A DNA stretch of 36,395 nucleotides from a virus. Positions 25,203-32,136 of the stretch are shown one piece after another; within the stretch, counting starts at the first letter, position 1; each line of letters starts with the position of its first letter. A model generated the notes under the pieces. The model saw nothing but the letters and a program-made list of their open reading frames with translations, did no database searches and had not been told where the DNA came from. Both the position numbers and the translations under genes were made by a program. The DNA is taken from positions 1 through 36,395 of the IMG/VR virus record IMGVR_UViG_3300038701_002087, one strand, 5' to 3'.

Positions 25203-25481
25203 CTATCTTTTCTTTTTCAATATATTATACCTCCTCAATTCATCTAATATCTCTTCATTCTTGCTCCTAGGTACATTTTTTTTATGACTATGCTCATGAT
25301 ACACCACAATTGAAATAGTGCCTATCTTCATGGCTATAGCAGCAACCAGCCATATATAGTTTTGCAAAATCAATCCAACAACCAAAAAACAAAATCCAAC
25401 AAAGCTACCAATGGTCTTTCGATTTTCAATATCTTTAAATTTCATGACTATATCATAACACAATATCAATCCCATATCCAT
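25203..25481 (-). CDS. Small membrane protein. An alternative start MKFK lies at 25445.
   Basis: Two TM segments (IGSFVGFCFLVVGLIL, IWLVAAIAMKIGTISIVV). The first 12 codons overlap the TCCCATA iterons. Confidence 0.45.
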   Translation of the reverse strand: MDMGLILCYDIVMKFKDIENRKTIGSFVGFCFLVVGLILQNYIWLVAAIAMKIGTISIVVYHEHSHKKNVPRSKNEEILDELRRYNILKKKR

Positions 25482-25507
25482 CCCATAATTCTCCCATAGC
25501 TATGGGA
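25470..25507. repeat. Three direct TCCCATA copies phased at 11 bp, plus one inverted copy that forms the palindrome tcccatagctatggga.
   Basis: Copies at 25470, 25481 and 25492. Inverted copy at 25501-25507. A T6 run follows. Confidence 0.8.
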
Positions 25508-25531
25508 TGGATTTTTTATCTTTATTCAAAA

Positions 25532-25561
25532 CGGACAGTTTCGGACAATTTAGGACAAAAA
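25532..25561. repeat. Three tandem 10-bp iterons (c/a)GGACA(nnnn).
   Basis: cggacagttt / cggacaattt / aggacaaaaa at 25532, 25542 and 25552. Confidence 0.8.
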
Positions 25562-25616
25562 TAAAACTAACTTCCAGTCCCATCTGCAATAATCAGTTTC
25601 TATGTTATAATATACT

Positions 25617-25833
25617 TTCAGTGCAAAGATGCAAAGTATTTTGCCCCTATATATAAATAATTCATTTTTACCTATAAAATAGAGTATATAAACAATAGAA
25701 GATTAAAACTTTACATCTTTGCACTGAACCTCTATAGCTAGCCACGTATTCTGGTGCAAAGTTGTTTTAACTTTACTTTAACTTTAAACTGATTAAAACA
25801 TCAAAAATAACTTATGGCAAACAAACTTTGCAC
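25617..25833. repeat. Five TGCAAAG / CTTTGCA motifs, including two inverted pairs.
   Basis: ttcagtgcaaagatg (25617-25631) is the reverse complement of catctttgcactgaa (25714-25728). gtgcaaagtt (25754-25763) is the reverse complement of aactttgcac (25824-25833). An extra tgcaaag lies at 25630-25636. Confidence 0.8.
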
Positions 25834-25921
25834 TAACTACACCAATACCAGAACATAAATACACCACCCTCGTCAATGACTTTTGCTTTACTTTCAAGTA
25901 CAATTATTTATACTGGGTTTT

Positions 25922-25971
25922 GTCGATGGGGTGCACAGGATTATTATTAAATATTCCATCGACATGTGCAC
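25922..25971. repeat. Dyad gtcgatgg / ccatcgac, each arm followed by GTGCAC.
   Basis: 25922-25929 is the reverse complement of 25956-25963. GTGCAC occurs at 25931-25936 and 25966-25971. Confidence 0.7.
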
Positions 25972-26002
25972 CTCGTCTTCATATTATTTAATTATTCAAA
26001 CA

Positions 26003-26404
26003 ATGTCTCAGTATCAATACATCATAATATTCTTTGTCATTTCATTCTATGCTTTATTTATATGGATAGTAGGTAGACACTTGGATAAAAAGATTAATCA
26101 GATTGAAGATGCTTTGAATAGATTGGAAGGGGAAATGAGGAAGGATGTTGAACCACTACTTAAAAGGATTAAGAAAGACTTTAAATATGAGCTAGAGGAA
26201 CATTGCCCACTTTCAAATCCAATATCATACTCAAAATCAAAACATATTATAGAATTTGAAGAAATGAAATATGCATTAGGATTTTCTGAGCCAGAAACAG
26301 GATGTGTATCTACGATTGAAAGATGGTACGCATTATTAGATCATCTTGGAATTGAATGGGATGAGAGCAGAGTTGAGGGTAAATTTATAAATAAGAAGAA
26401 ATAA
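26003..26404 (+). CDS. Membrane-anchored hypothetical protein.
   Basis: I prefer the ATG at 26003 (MSQYQYIIIFFVISFYALFIWIV...) over the TTG at 25883, which would run through the operator repeats. Confidence 0.5.
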   Translation: MSQYQYIIIFFVISFYALFIWIVGRHLDKKINQIEDALNRLEGEMRKDVEPLLKRIKKDFKYELEEHCPLSNPISYSKSKHIIEFEEMKYALGFSEPETGCVSTIERWYALLDHLGIEWDESRVEGKFINKKK

Positions 26405-26419
26405 TTAACTATAATTAAA

Positions 26420-26629
26420 ATGAAAAAAACTGAAATCATCATCAAGCAAGATGGTAAAGAAATATCAAAAAAAATTCTTACCTCGCCAGATAAAAAAATA
26501 GAACAATTAGATTTGAGCTGCTCATTTATAAATGATGGTGAGGAATTAGTTGAGATAAGCAATAAAATGTATATCAACTATGGCACTATAACAATACAAA
26601 ATGATAACACTAAAAGCATTAAAGAATGA
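26420..26629 (+). CDS. Hypothetical protein.
   Basis: 69-aa ORF. Its stop overlaps the next start as ATGA. Confidence 0.45.
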   Translation: MKKTEIIIKQDGKEISKKILTSPDKKIEQLDLSCSFINDGEELVEISNKMYINYGTITIQNDNTKSIKE

Positions 26630-26742
26630 AAAAACTATACCTAAAAAAAATATGTTCCTGTAAAAGTTGTAAAAATTGTATAGATTGTATGAAATGCAAT
26701 GTTTGCAAACAATGTAAAAATTGTGTTATAGTAACTGTTTAA
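26626..26742 (+). CDS. 38-aa Cys-rich peptide with nine Cys on a CxxC period.
   Basis: Hand translation gives MKKLYLKKICSCKSCKNCIDCMKCNVCKQCKNCVIVTV*. ATGA overlap with the upstream ORF. It is below the ORF-track size cutoff. Confidence 0.45.
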   Translation: MKKLYLKKICSCKSCKNCIDCMKCNVCKQCKNCVIVTV

Positions 26743-26755
26743 TATTATAAAACTA

Positions 26756-26941
26756 ATGAAAAAAGTACGTCTAAACATCTTCACCCCAAAGAAAGAGGGT
26801 GCCACAGAAGCCTTCGCAAACGCTTCTAAGCAAATAGAAAAACTTATGGCCGAGGGTTATGAGGTCGAGGTAAAACTCTTGGCAGACGGGACAAGGCGTG
26901 AGGTATATAAATTTGATAACTTAAAAGACTCACCAAGATGA
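26756..26941 (+). CDS. Hypothetical protein.
   Basis: 61-aa ORF. Confidence 0.45.
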   Translation: MKKVRLNIFTPKKEGATEAFANASKQIEKLMAEGYEVEVKLLADGTRREVYKFDNLKDSPR

Positions 26942-26985
26942 AAGACTAGCACCTCCCTACCAGGCTTCCATTGTGGAGCCTTGCA

Positions 26986-27078
26986 TGAGGGGTGGCGGAA
27001 AAGGTAAATATACGAGTAAGGCGTCCGTAAAGACGATTTATATAAAACTAACTCTCGTCAAATCCCTGCCACCCCTCA
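26986..27078 (+). ncRNA. Structured element, domain A: an extended hairpin of about 93 nt. Strand is not resolved.
   Basis: 26986-26998 pairs with 27066-27078 (13 bp, one G-U). Nested stems at 27012-27016/27054-27058 and 27022-27025/27032-27035. Confidence 0.35.
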
Positions 27079-27100
27079 CTCTCCCCCCTGTTCATTGCTG

Positions 27101-27331
27101 GTATTTGAAATGTAGGTTGTAAGGATTCTGTCTGGCTTGGTCGCCCCAAGTAATCATACTAGTTCGGTAAACAGATAGAAGGCGGAATAAGCGAGGCTGA
27201 AAATCTCGTGCTGAGGCTAGCTTAGAAGTAGCTTAAACAACTGCTCACGAAGATGCACATGATCTTAGTCGTTCTCGGCAGGCTCGGTGAAAATCCGACT
27301 ATTGCTCGCTTACAACCTACATCTTGAATAT
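27101..27331 (+). ncRNA. Structured element, domain B: about 230 nt closed by a long helix. Strand is not resolved.
   Basis: 27110-27123 is the perfect reverse complement of 27309-27322 (14 bp). After one mismatch, eight more pairs form (27101-27108/27324-27331). Several internal hairpins. No ORF in any frame. Confidence 0.4.
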
Positions 27332-27437
27332 CAATAGTGAGTATAGGCCTTAATACTTAATTTAATTTTATGAAAAATAATTGCATTGCCCTCCTCCTTG
27401 CATTTGCATTTGTTTGCTTACTAACTTTTTTATAAAA

Positions 27438-27911
27438 ATGAACAACCTAACCCACCCCACCTACATCAAAGCGCGTGATCTCATCTTAAAGTCCGAAGGG
27501 AGGGCGCTTGAGGATGAGCAATCGAGTGCGATCAGAAGACAGACATCATATTGCTTAAAATGTGATGAGGATTTAAGTGATTTAATTGGATGGGATTCAA
27601 TTGGGGAAAAAATTGAATGTAGAAATTGCGGGCATTTTATGGAGGTAGATTATGATGAAAGCTATATAAATGGTAATGAAGAAAATCACTGGTTTCTAGT
27701 CAATCTAAAAGGATTTGACCCCATCTCCCTAGACAGGGTTTTGATGGCTTTAGAGAAGTGGTATTGGAAAAATCCTATGGCCAATGAGCCTGGATGGGAT
27801 TGGTATATTTTGATAATCACAAAAGAATGGAAACTAGGCCAACCCCTCCACCTCCAATCCGAAGAGGTATGGGAGAAGATTGTGGAGATTTTAGAAGATA
27901 ACCAAAAATGA
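27438..27911 (+). CDS. Zinc-ribbon protein of unknown function.
   Basis: CLKC ... CRNC pairs. I prefer the ATG at 27438 over the TTG at 27381. Confidence 0.5.
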   Translation: MNNLTHPTYIKARDLILKSEGRALEDEQSSAIRRQTSYCLKCDEDLSDLIGWDSIGEKIECRNCGHFMEVDYDESYINGNEENHWFLVNLKGFDPISLDRVLMALEKWYWKNPMANEPGWDWYILIITKEWKLGQPLHLQSEEVWEKIVEILEDNQK

Positions 27912-27915
27912 TTAT

Positions 27916-28287
27916 ATGTCCATACATTGTGATGCATCCTTCAATAAGGATGGAGCATCAATTGGGGTTTACATACCAAATGTTTGTTCTAAATTTAAAA
28001 AGATAGAAGCCAAGGATTCTGGCCATGCAGAAAGAATGGCTATCCTGTATGCAATGAGAATTGCAGCTAAGAATGGGTTGGTAGATTCTGTTGTATATAG
28101 CGACTCTAAATCTACAGTTGATAAAGTTCGTAAGGATGGAAACGGAGGTTCAAAAACAATAAAAAGAATAAAATATATGATGAGAAGGTGGGGTTATAAA
28201 TTGAGATGGAAAAGAAGAAGTACTCATAAAATAAAAATTGCTGATAAGATAAGCAGAGGATTAAACTTGCCAAATCATAAATTATAA
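27916..28287 (+). CDS. RNase H-like protein (RNase HI / RVT_3-type fold).
   Basis: The pattern CDASF...ASIGVYI, SGHAERMAILYA, VVYSDSKSTV and IKIADKISRG fits the D-E-D-D layout of RNase H domains. Confidence 0.65.
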   Translation: MSIHCDASFNKDGASIGVYIPNVCSKFKKIEAKDSGHAERMAILYAMRIAAKNGLVDSVVYSDSKSTVDKVRKDGNGGSKTIKRIKYMMRRWGYKLRWKRRSTHKIKIADKISRGLNLPNHKL

Positions 28288-28296
28288 AACTAAACC

Positions 28297-28644
28297 ATGA
28301 CCAATAAACCCCTTACACCACAGGAGATAATAGATCGGTTGGCTAACTTTGAAGTCATCATGGAGCACCCTAACGGCACAAAGAGTTTAAAAGATAACCC
28401 AGTCTACATAGGGGATGTGCTGGCAAAATTTTTTGACAACAAACCTTCAAATCTTGAAAAAGAAAAAGAGTTATTATTTTATTGGGGGGAATGTGGATCA
28501 GACAAATCCCTACAGGAGATAGAAAAGGAGAGTGGGTCTGATTGTTGTTTTTTACATTTTGATACTACTTGTGATGGAAAAACTAAAAAACTCAAATCCC
28601 CCCAAGCTCGTGATCTGTTTAATTTCTTATCTGAGATATTATGA
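28297..28644 (+). CDS. Hypothetical protein.
   Basis: 115-aa ORF. Its stop overlaps the next start. Confidence 0.5.
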   Translation: MTNKPLTPQEIIDRLANFEVIMEHPNGTKSLKDNPVYIGDVLAKFFDNKPSNLEKEKELLFYWGECGSDKSLQEIEKESGSDCCFLHFDTTCDGKTKKLKSPQARDLFNFLSEIL

Positions 28645-29021
28645 ACAAACTAACCAACCTAGAAATCATCAAGAAGGCTGCGAAGATGGGCTATTCAGCA
28701 GTGTTGAAATGGCCAGATGGCATAGGTCACGTTGTAGCTATTTCCAAGGACAGTCCTCCATTTGTTTATGATAAAAAGGATAAGGAGGCATCCAATGAAT
28801 TTGGAATTGATTCCGCAAAGATTAAAGGCTTCCTATACGTCTCACAACTCTTCGGTGAACCAAAGATAACAGAAGGGCAGAGGTTTCGGGTGAGGGAGAC
28901 GGGGGAGATTATGGCAATGGATTATCAGCCAGACAGTGAAGTGCTTTTGCTGGACTATGACAAGGTGAATAACACCTACAAAAACTATTATAAATCAGAA
29001 CTTGAGCCAGTATTTGAATAG
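28641..29021 (+). CDS. Hypothetical protein, paralogue of 33982..34380.
   Basis: Shared blocks K.AA.MGYS..LK.P, GQRF....TGEI and a C-terminal EPVFE. Confidence 0.55.
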   Translation: MNKLTNLEIIKKAAKMGYSAVLKWPDGIGHVVAISKDSPPFVYDKKDKEASNEFGIDSAKIKGFLYVSQLFGEPKITEGQRFRVRETGEIMAMDYQPDSEVLLLDYDKVNNTYKNYYKSELEPVFE

Positions 29022-29047
29022 GTCTATTTAAACGAAAAGCCAAAAAC

Positions 29048-29074
29048 GTTTACATAGATCAGACCTATGTAAAC
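29048..29074 (-). terminator. Perfect 10-bp-stem hairpin with a T run on the minus strand.
   Basis: gtttacatag (29048-29057) pairs with ctatgtaaac (29065-29074). The minus strand continues GTTTTTGGCTTTTCG. Confidence 0.45.
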
Positions 29075-29271
29075 AAAATTGAAAAAACTTAACATGCAAG
29101 TCAGAAAAAATTAATCAATAACCCCTTTAAAAATGAAGAAGAATTTAATTATTTTAATTTCAATATCAATAATCTCAACACTAGCTATAGTATGGTCAAT
29201 TAATTTTCATAAACTTAAAGATTGTAATGAAAAACCATCAACAATTTGTTCTATTGTTGATGGTGCTAATT

Positions 29272-29493
29272 TTAATTCCTCTTATTCTTTATGATAGTTG
29301 CTATCTCACTGAGTACAGTTGTATTATTTTTGGTAACTTCAAGGGCTTCCTCATGTTGGGCTTTCAATGCCTGTGTTACATCCTTTCTTTCCTCCTTGTG
29401 TTCACGATCCTTTCTTACAATATACCACCCAAAGCTGAAAATTATGAGCCCTGGCATGCCGTATTGACCAGCAATATCAATTAGATTTTCCAT
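29272..29493 (-). CDS. BhlA/UviB-holin-like small membrane protein, opposite-strand cassette.
   Basis: N-terminal TM (GMPGLIIFSFGWYIV), then RKDREHKEERK and a charged helix. Same architecture as 2185..2460. Confidence 0.5.
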   Translation of the reverse strand: MENLIDIAGQYGMPGLIIFSFGWYIVRKDREHKEERKDVTQALKAQHEEALEVTKNNTTVLSEIATIIKNKRN

Positions 29494-29785
29494 TATTTAC
29501 ATATTTAAACACCCGGATAAAAGCAGACAATTGAGCAAGGACAAAGAGACTAAATAAAATTCTACTAATTTCAATTGGAATTATTCTTTCTCCATTAAAA
29601 TAGATCCAAAAATTATTAAAACCAGCCCAAGTATAATGTAAAGTCCAGGCAATTAATAGATGTATCATAATTGATTTTAATTCATTCTTTGGAAGACGAA
29701 TTAAATAAACTATCATGAACAAGCTAATGGTGGAAGATACACTTGTTACTAGCGAAAGTAAAAAAGTGCTATCAAAAATAACCAT
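29477..29785 (-). CDS. Multi-TM membrane protein, opposite-strand cassette. An alternative start lies at 29863.
   Basis: Three or four hydrophobic segments. Starting at Met27 (29785) avoids overlap with the divergent plus-strand gene. Confidence 0.45.
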   Translation of the reverse strand: MVIFDSTFLLSLVTSVSSTISLFMIVYLIRLPKNELKSIMIHLLIAWTLHYTWAGFNNFWIYFNGERIIPIEISRILFSLFVLAQLSAFIRVFKYVNNGKSN

Positions 29786-29843
29786 AATAAAATTCTTTTT
29801 TAACAATAATATTATAACATTTTTATCAATAAATATAAAGAAA

Positions 29844-30161
29844 ATGGACAATAAAAAAATCATGCTAGAGACAATGCTAGAGTATAAAACAATTATGGAA
29901 GAAGATAATTATGATGGATTAAAATATGAAGAGCTTTTGAAAATCATAATAAGAAAAAAGGAGGAACAGTTTCTTAAGATGATCGAAAATGCCTCAATAA
30001 AAAGTGCTACTTGTTTAAGGTGTGGTGCAGAAAAAGGAAAAATGTATAGGCCAATAAAATATTTCTGGTGCAATGTCCCAGGCAAAGAAAGGGCCGAACA
30101 TAAATACACTCGAAATATAAAAGACATTCAAAAAATTTTAATTAACAACTTAAAAAAATAA
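29844..30161 (+). CDS. Hypothetical protein with a Cys pair (CLRC ... C).
   Basis: I prefer the ATG at 29844 (MDNKKIMLETM...). The 29715 start would overlap the minus-strand membrane gene. Confidence 0.45.
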   Translation: MDNKKIMLETMLEYKTIMEEDNYDGLKYEELLKIIIRKKEEQFLKMIENASIKSATCLRCGAEKGKMYRPIKYFWCNVPGKERAEHKYTRNIKDIQKILINNLKK

Positions 30162-31493
30162 ATGAAAAAAGCAGATAAATTCTACAGCGTAGCAAAGAAG
30201 TTTACTGATGAGCACAACTTAATTTATTTTAAAGGAACCCCCTACCTTTTTAATGAAGGTATTTGGAGGGAGGAGGATAAAGAGAACACTATGGCATGGA
30301 TTGGAAAGGAGTACACAAAGGCTTACACAGAGCCCGCACTAAAAAAAGATAAATCTGAGATGCTATCAATGATTCAAGATGATACCTACAATCAATACAG
30401 GAAGCAAATCAAATATCTTTCGCAAAAAAGAGACAAGAAAACTGTCAATACTAAGGAGGGTGTTCTGAGCTTGAAAGATTATAATGTCAAGTCATATGAA
30501 AAAGAGGACTTTGCTTTTCATAAATTGCCATTCAATTATATTGAAAAACCAAAGTGTCCTACCATGCAAAAGTTTTTGACAACCTCAATGGGGTGGGATT
30601 GGAATGAAAAAAAGAATGAAGCAATTCTAACAAAGGACACAATTGAAGACTATATTAAAATCATGCAATTCATTCAAGAGTGGATGGGCTATAGTCTTGT
30701 ACCTGGAAACCCTATGGAGAAATGTTTAATCATGCATGGCTCAGGTCGTAACGGGAAGGGAAAACTTCAAGAGATTTGGAAGTATATTGTCGGCGCACAT
30801 AACGTCTCGTCAGTTGACATCAAAGGAATTAATGATGGTACTGTTATTTTTCAAACAAAGAATAGATTAATTAACTTCTCATACGACTTAGAAGATGGCC
30901 AGCAATTAGACACAGGAGTAATAAAGTCTGCCATCTCTGGTGAAACCATGACAGTCAATGAGAAGTACAAGCCTCAATATGAAATGGACTTTACAGCAAA
31001 GCTAATCATTGCCTGTAATAATTTACCCTTCATCAAAGATACTGGCTTTGCAATCAGAGAAAGGATTCACTTCCTCCCATTTACAAAAGAGTTCTCTGAA
31101 GAGGAGCGGGATATTTACCTTGGGGAAAAATTAAAGGCAGAGGCAGAGGATATCTTTTCTTGGGCTATAAATGGCCTTAGACGCCTTCAAGGACGTGGAC
31201 ACTTTGATGTACCAGAGCGTTGCAAAAAAGCCAACAGGAGCTACATGAAGGACAACGATTCAATTTCTAATTGGATTGATGAGGATCATATAGTAGAAAC
31301 AACTTCTAAATGTAAGCGAAGTGAGGTGTGGAAAGCCTATAGGTATTACTGCAGGGAATCAAACTTCAAGCCTGTTGGAAAAATAAAATTCTATAAAGTT
31401 ATGGAGAAACGATTCAATTTGATACTATCGAATGGGGAGTATTACTTTGATGGCCTAAAGATACCGAATCAAACTATTGAGATGGGAAGTTAA
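30162..31493 (+). CDS. SF3 helicase of the D5 / phage-plasmid P4 primase C-terminal type.
   Basis: EWMGYSLVPGNPMEKCLIMHGSGRNGKGK (Walker A) is characteristic of the family. At 443 aa there is no room for an N-terminal primase-polymerase domain. Confidence 0.75.
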   Translation: MKKADKFYSVAKKFTDEHNLIYFKGTPYLFNEGIWREEDKENTMAWIGKEYTKAYTEPALKKDKSEMLSMIQDDTYNQYRKQIKYLSQKRDKKTVNTKEGVLSLKDYNVKSYEKEDFAFHKLPFNYIEKPKCPTMQKFLTTSMGWDWNEKKNEAILTKDTIEDYIKIMQFIQEWMGYSLVPGNPMEKCLIMHGSGRNGKGKLQEIWKYIVGAHNVSSVDIKGINDGTVIFQTKNRLINFSYDLEDGQQLDTGVIKSAISGETMTVNEKYKPQYEMDFTAKLIIACNNLPFIKDTGFAIRERIHFLPFTKEFSEEERDIYLGEKLKAEAEDIFSWAINGLRRLQGRGHFDVPERCKKANRSYMKDNDSISNWIDEDHIVETTSKCKRSEVWKAYRYYCRESNFKPVGKIKFYKVMEKRFNLILSNGEYYFDGLKIPNQTIEMGS

Positions 31494-31528
31494 TTCGTAA
31501 CTTTAGGTAACTACACGTAACTTAAAAT

Positions 31529-32125
31529 ATGTTAATGAAACCAAACAAAAATTTCGACAGGCAAATACTAAAATTCTACTCAGAGGGGATGAGTGTCTAC
31601 GATATTGTCCGCATCTTCAATCCTGTTTATCGGGAGAAGGATATCCACAATCTTATTGATGAGCATGAATGGGCCACCAGAGAAATCAAAAAGCACATGT
31701 ATGAAACAAAGCAATCGGTTCATTTGATGGAAGCATTCGAAGTATTTGAAGAGCACATCTATGACATGTGCATGGTAAACATCGGTGATGTTAAAGCATC
31801 TAAAAAGCGACGTGAGCACTTCTCACAAATGTTAAAAAAGTTTAGGTCATGGAAGAATAAAGATGAGCAACTCATGGTTGAGAAGGCGAAAGAATATCCA
31901 ATCATTGAATTGGTCTCACAGTTCACAGACGATCCAAATGGGGTAACCTTCTACAGGAACATTAAATGTATCCTCCATGATGACAGCACAGCAAGCATGA
32001 AACTATATGAGAATAACACATACTACTGCTTTGGTTGTAACCAGGGCGGTGACACTATCGATCTTCTAATGAAGAAGCGTGGTGTCGATTTTATTTCGGC
32101 CGTTAAATGGCTAACTAATTCTTAA
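31529..32125 (+). CDS. CHC2 (DnaG-type) zinc-finger protein without a TOPRIM domain.
   Basis: The C-terminal IKCILHDDSTASMKLYENNTYYCFGCNQGGDTIDLLM matches C-x2-H-x17-C-x2-C plus GGD.I.F. The N-terminal half has an HTH-like segment. Confidence 0.65.
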   Translation: MLMKPNKNFDRQILKFYSEGMSVYDIVRIFNPVYREKDIHNLIDEHEWATREIKKHMYETKQSVHLMEAFEVFEEHIYDMCMVNIGDVKASKKRREHFSQMLKKFRSWKNKDEQLMVEKAKEYPIIELVSQFTDDPNGVTFYRNIKCILHDDSTASMKLYENNTYYCFGCNQGGDTIDLLMKKRGVDFISAVKWLTNS

Positions 32126-32136
32126 TAAAAATAATA

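Larger units (their letters stand above)
25470..26002. promoter_or_regulatory. Divergent control region between the two arms. It holds promoters, operators and possibly the origin.
   Basis: No convincing coding sequence. At least four independent repeat families. Transcription must diverge from here. Confidence 0.6.

Noticed and set aside
25470-25971. CRISPR-like array.
   Set aside because: The repeats are 7-15 bp, belong to several unrelated families, and have spacings of 10-100 bp in mixed orientation. This is not CRISPR repeat-spacer geometry.
25883-26002. TTG-initiated N-terminal extensions of track ORFs: 25883..26404, 27381..27911 and 35616..35831.
   Set aside because: The extensions run through operator repeats or leader motifs and translate to implausible peptides (for example MHCPPPCICICLL). 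In-frame ATGs at 26003, 27438 and 35697 give sensible N-termini.
27101-27331. Retron msr-msd, or a miniature inverted-repeat transposable element (MITE), suggested by the inverted repeats of about 22 bp.
   Set aside because: No reverse transcriptase (no YxDD-containing ORF) anywhere in the closed genome, so a self-sufficient retron is excluded. I found no target-site duplication flanking the inverted repeats and no second copy in the genome, so a MITE is unsupported. The architecture is still reported as a finding.
26942-27380. tmRNA or tRNA interpretation of the structured element. An in-frame mini-ORF KSRAEASLEVA* at 27201-27236 looked a little like a tag peptide.
   Set aside because: No GGTTCGA-type T-loop and no acceptor-like pairing of the extreme 5' and 3' ends with CCA context. 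The G-rich 5' arm pairs only about 70 nt downstream. The tag-like ORF is probably coincidence.
26942-27437. attP site or host-derived fragment as the explanation for the GC-rich island.
   Set aside because: No integrase or recombinase gene exists in the closed genome, so an integration module is not supported. I cannot exclude horizontal origin without a database search.
29133-29484. Plus-strand ORFs 29133..29294 (53 aa, signal-anchor-like, hand-found) and 29227..29484 (85 aa).
   Set aside because: Both overlap or converge on the minus-strand gene 29272..29493, whose translation looks more protein-like and which has a matching minus-strand terminator. 29133..29294 remains unresolved rather than excluded.
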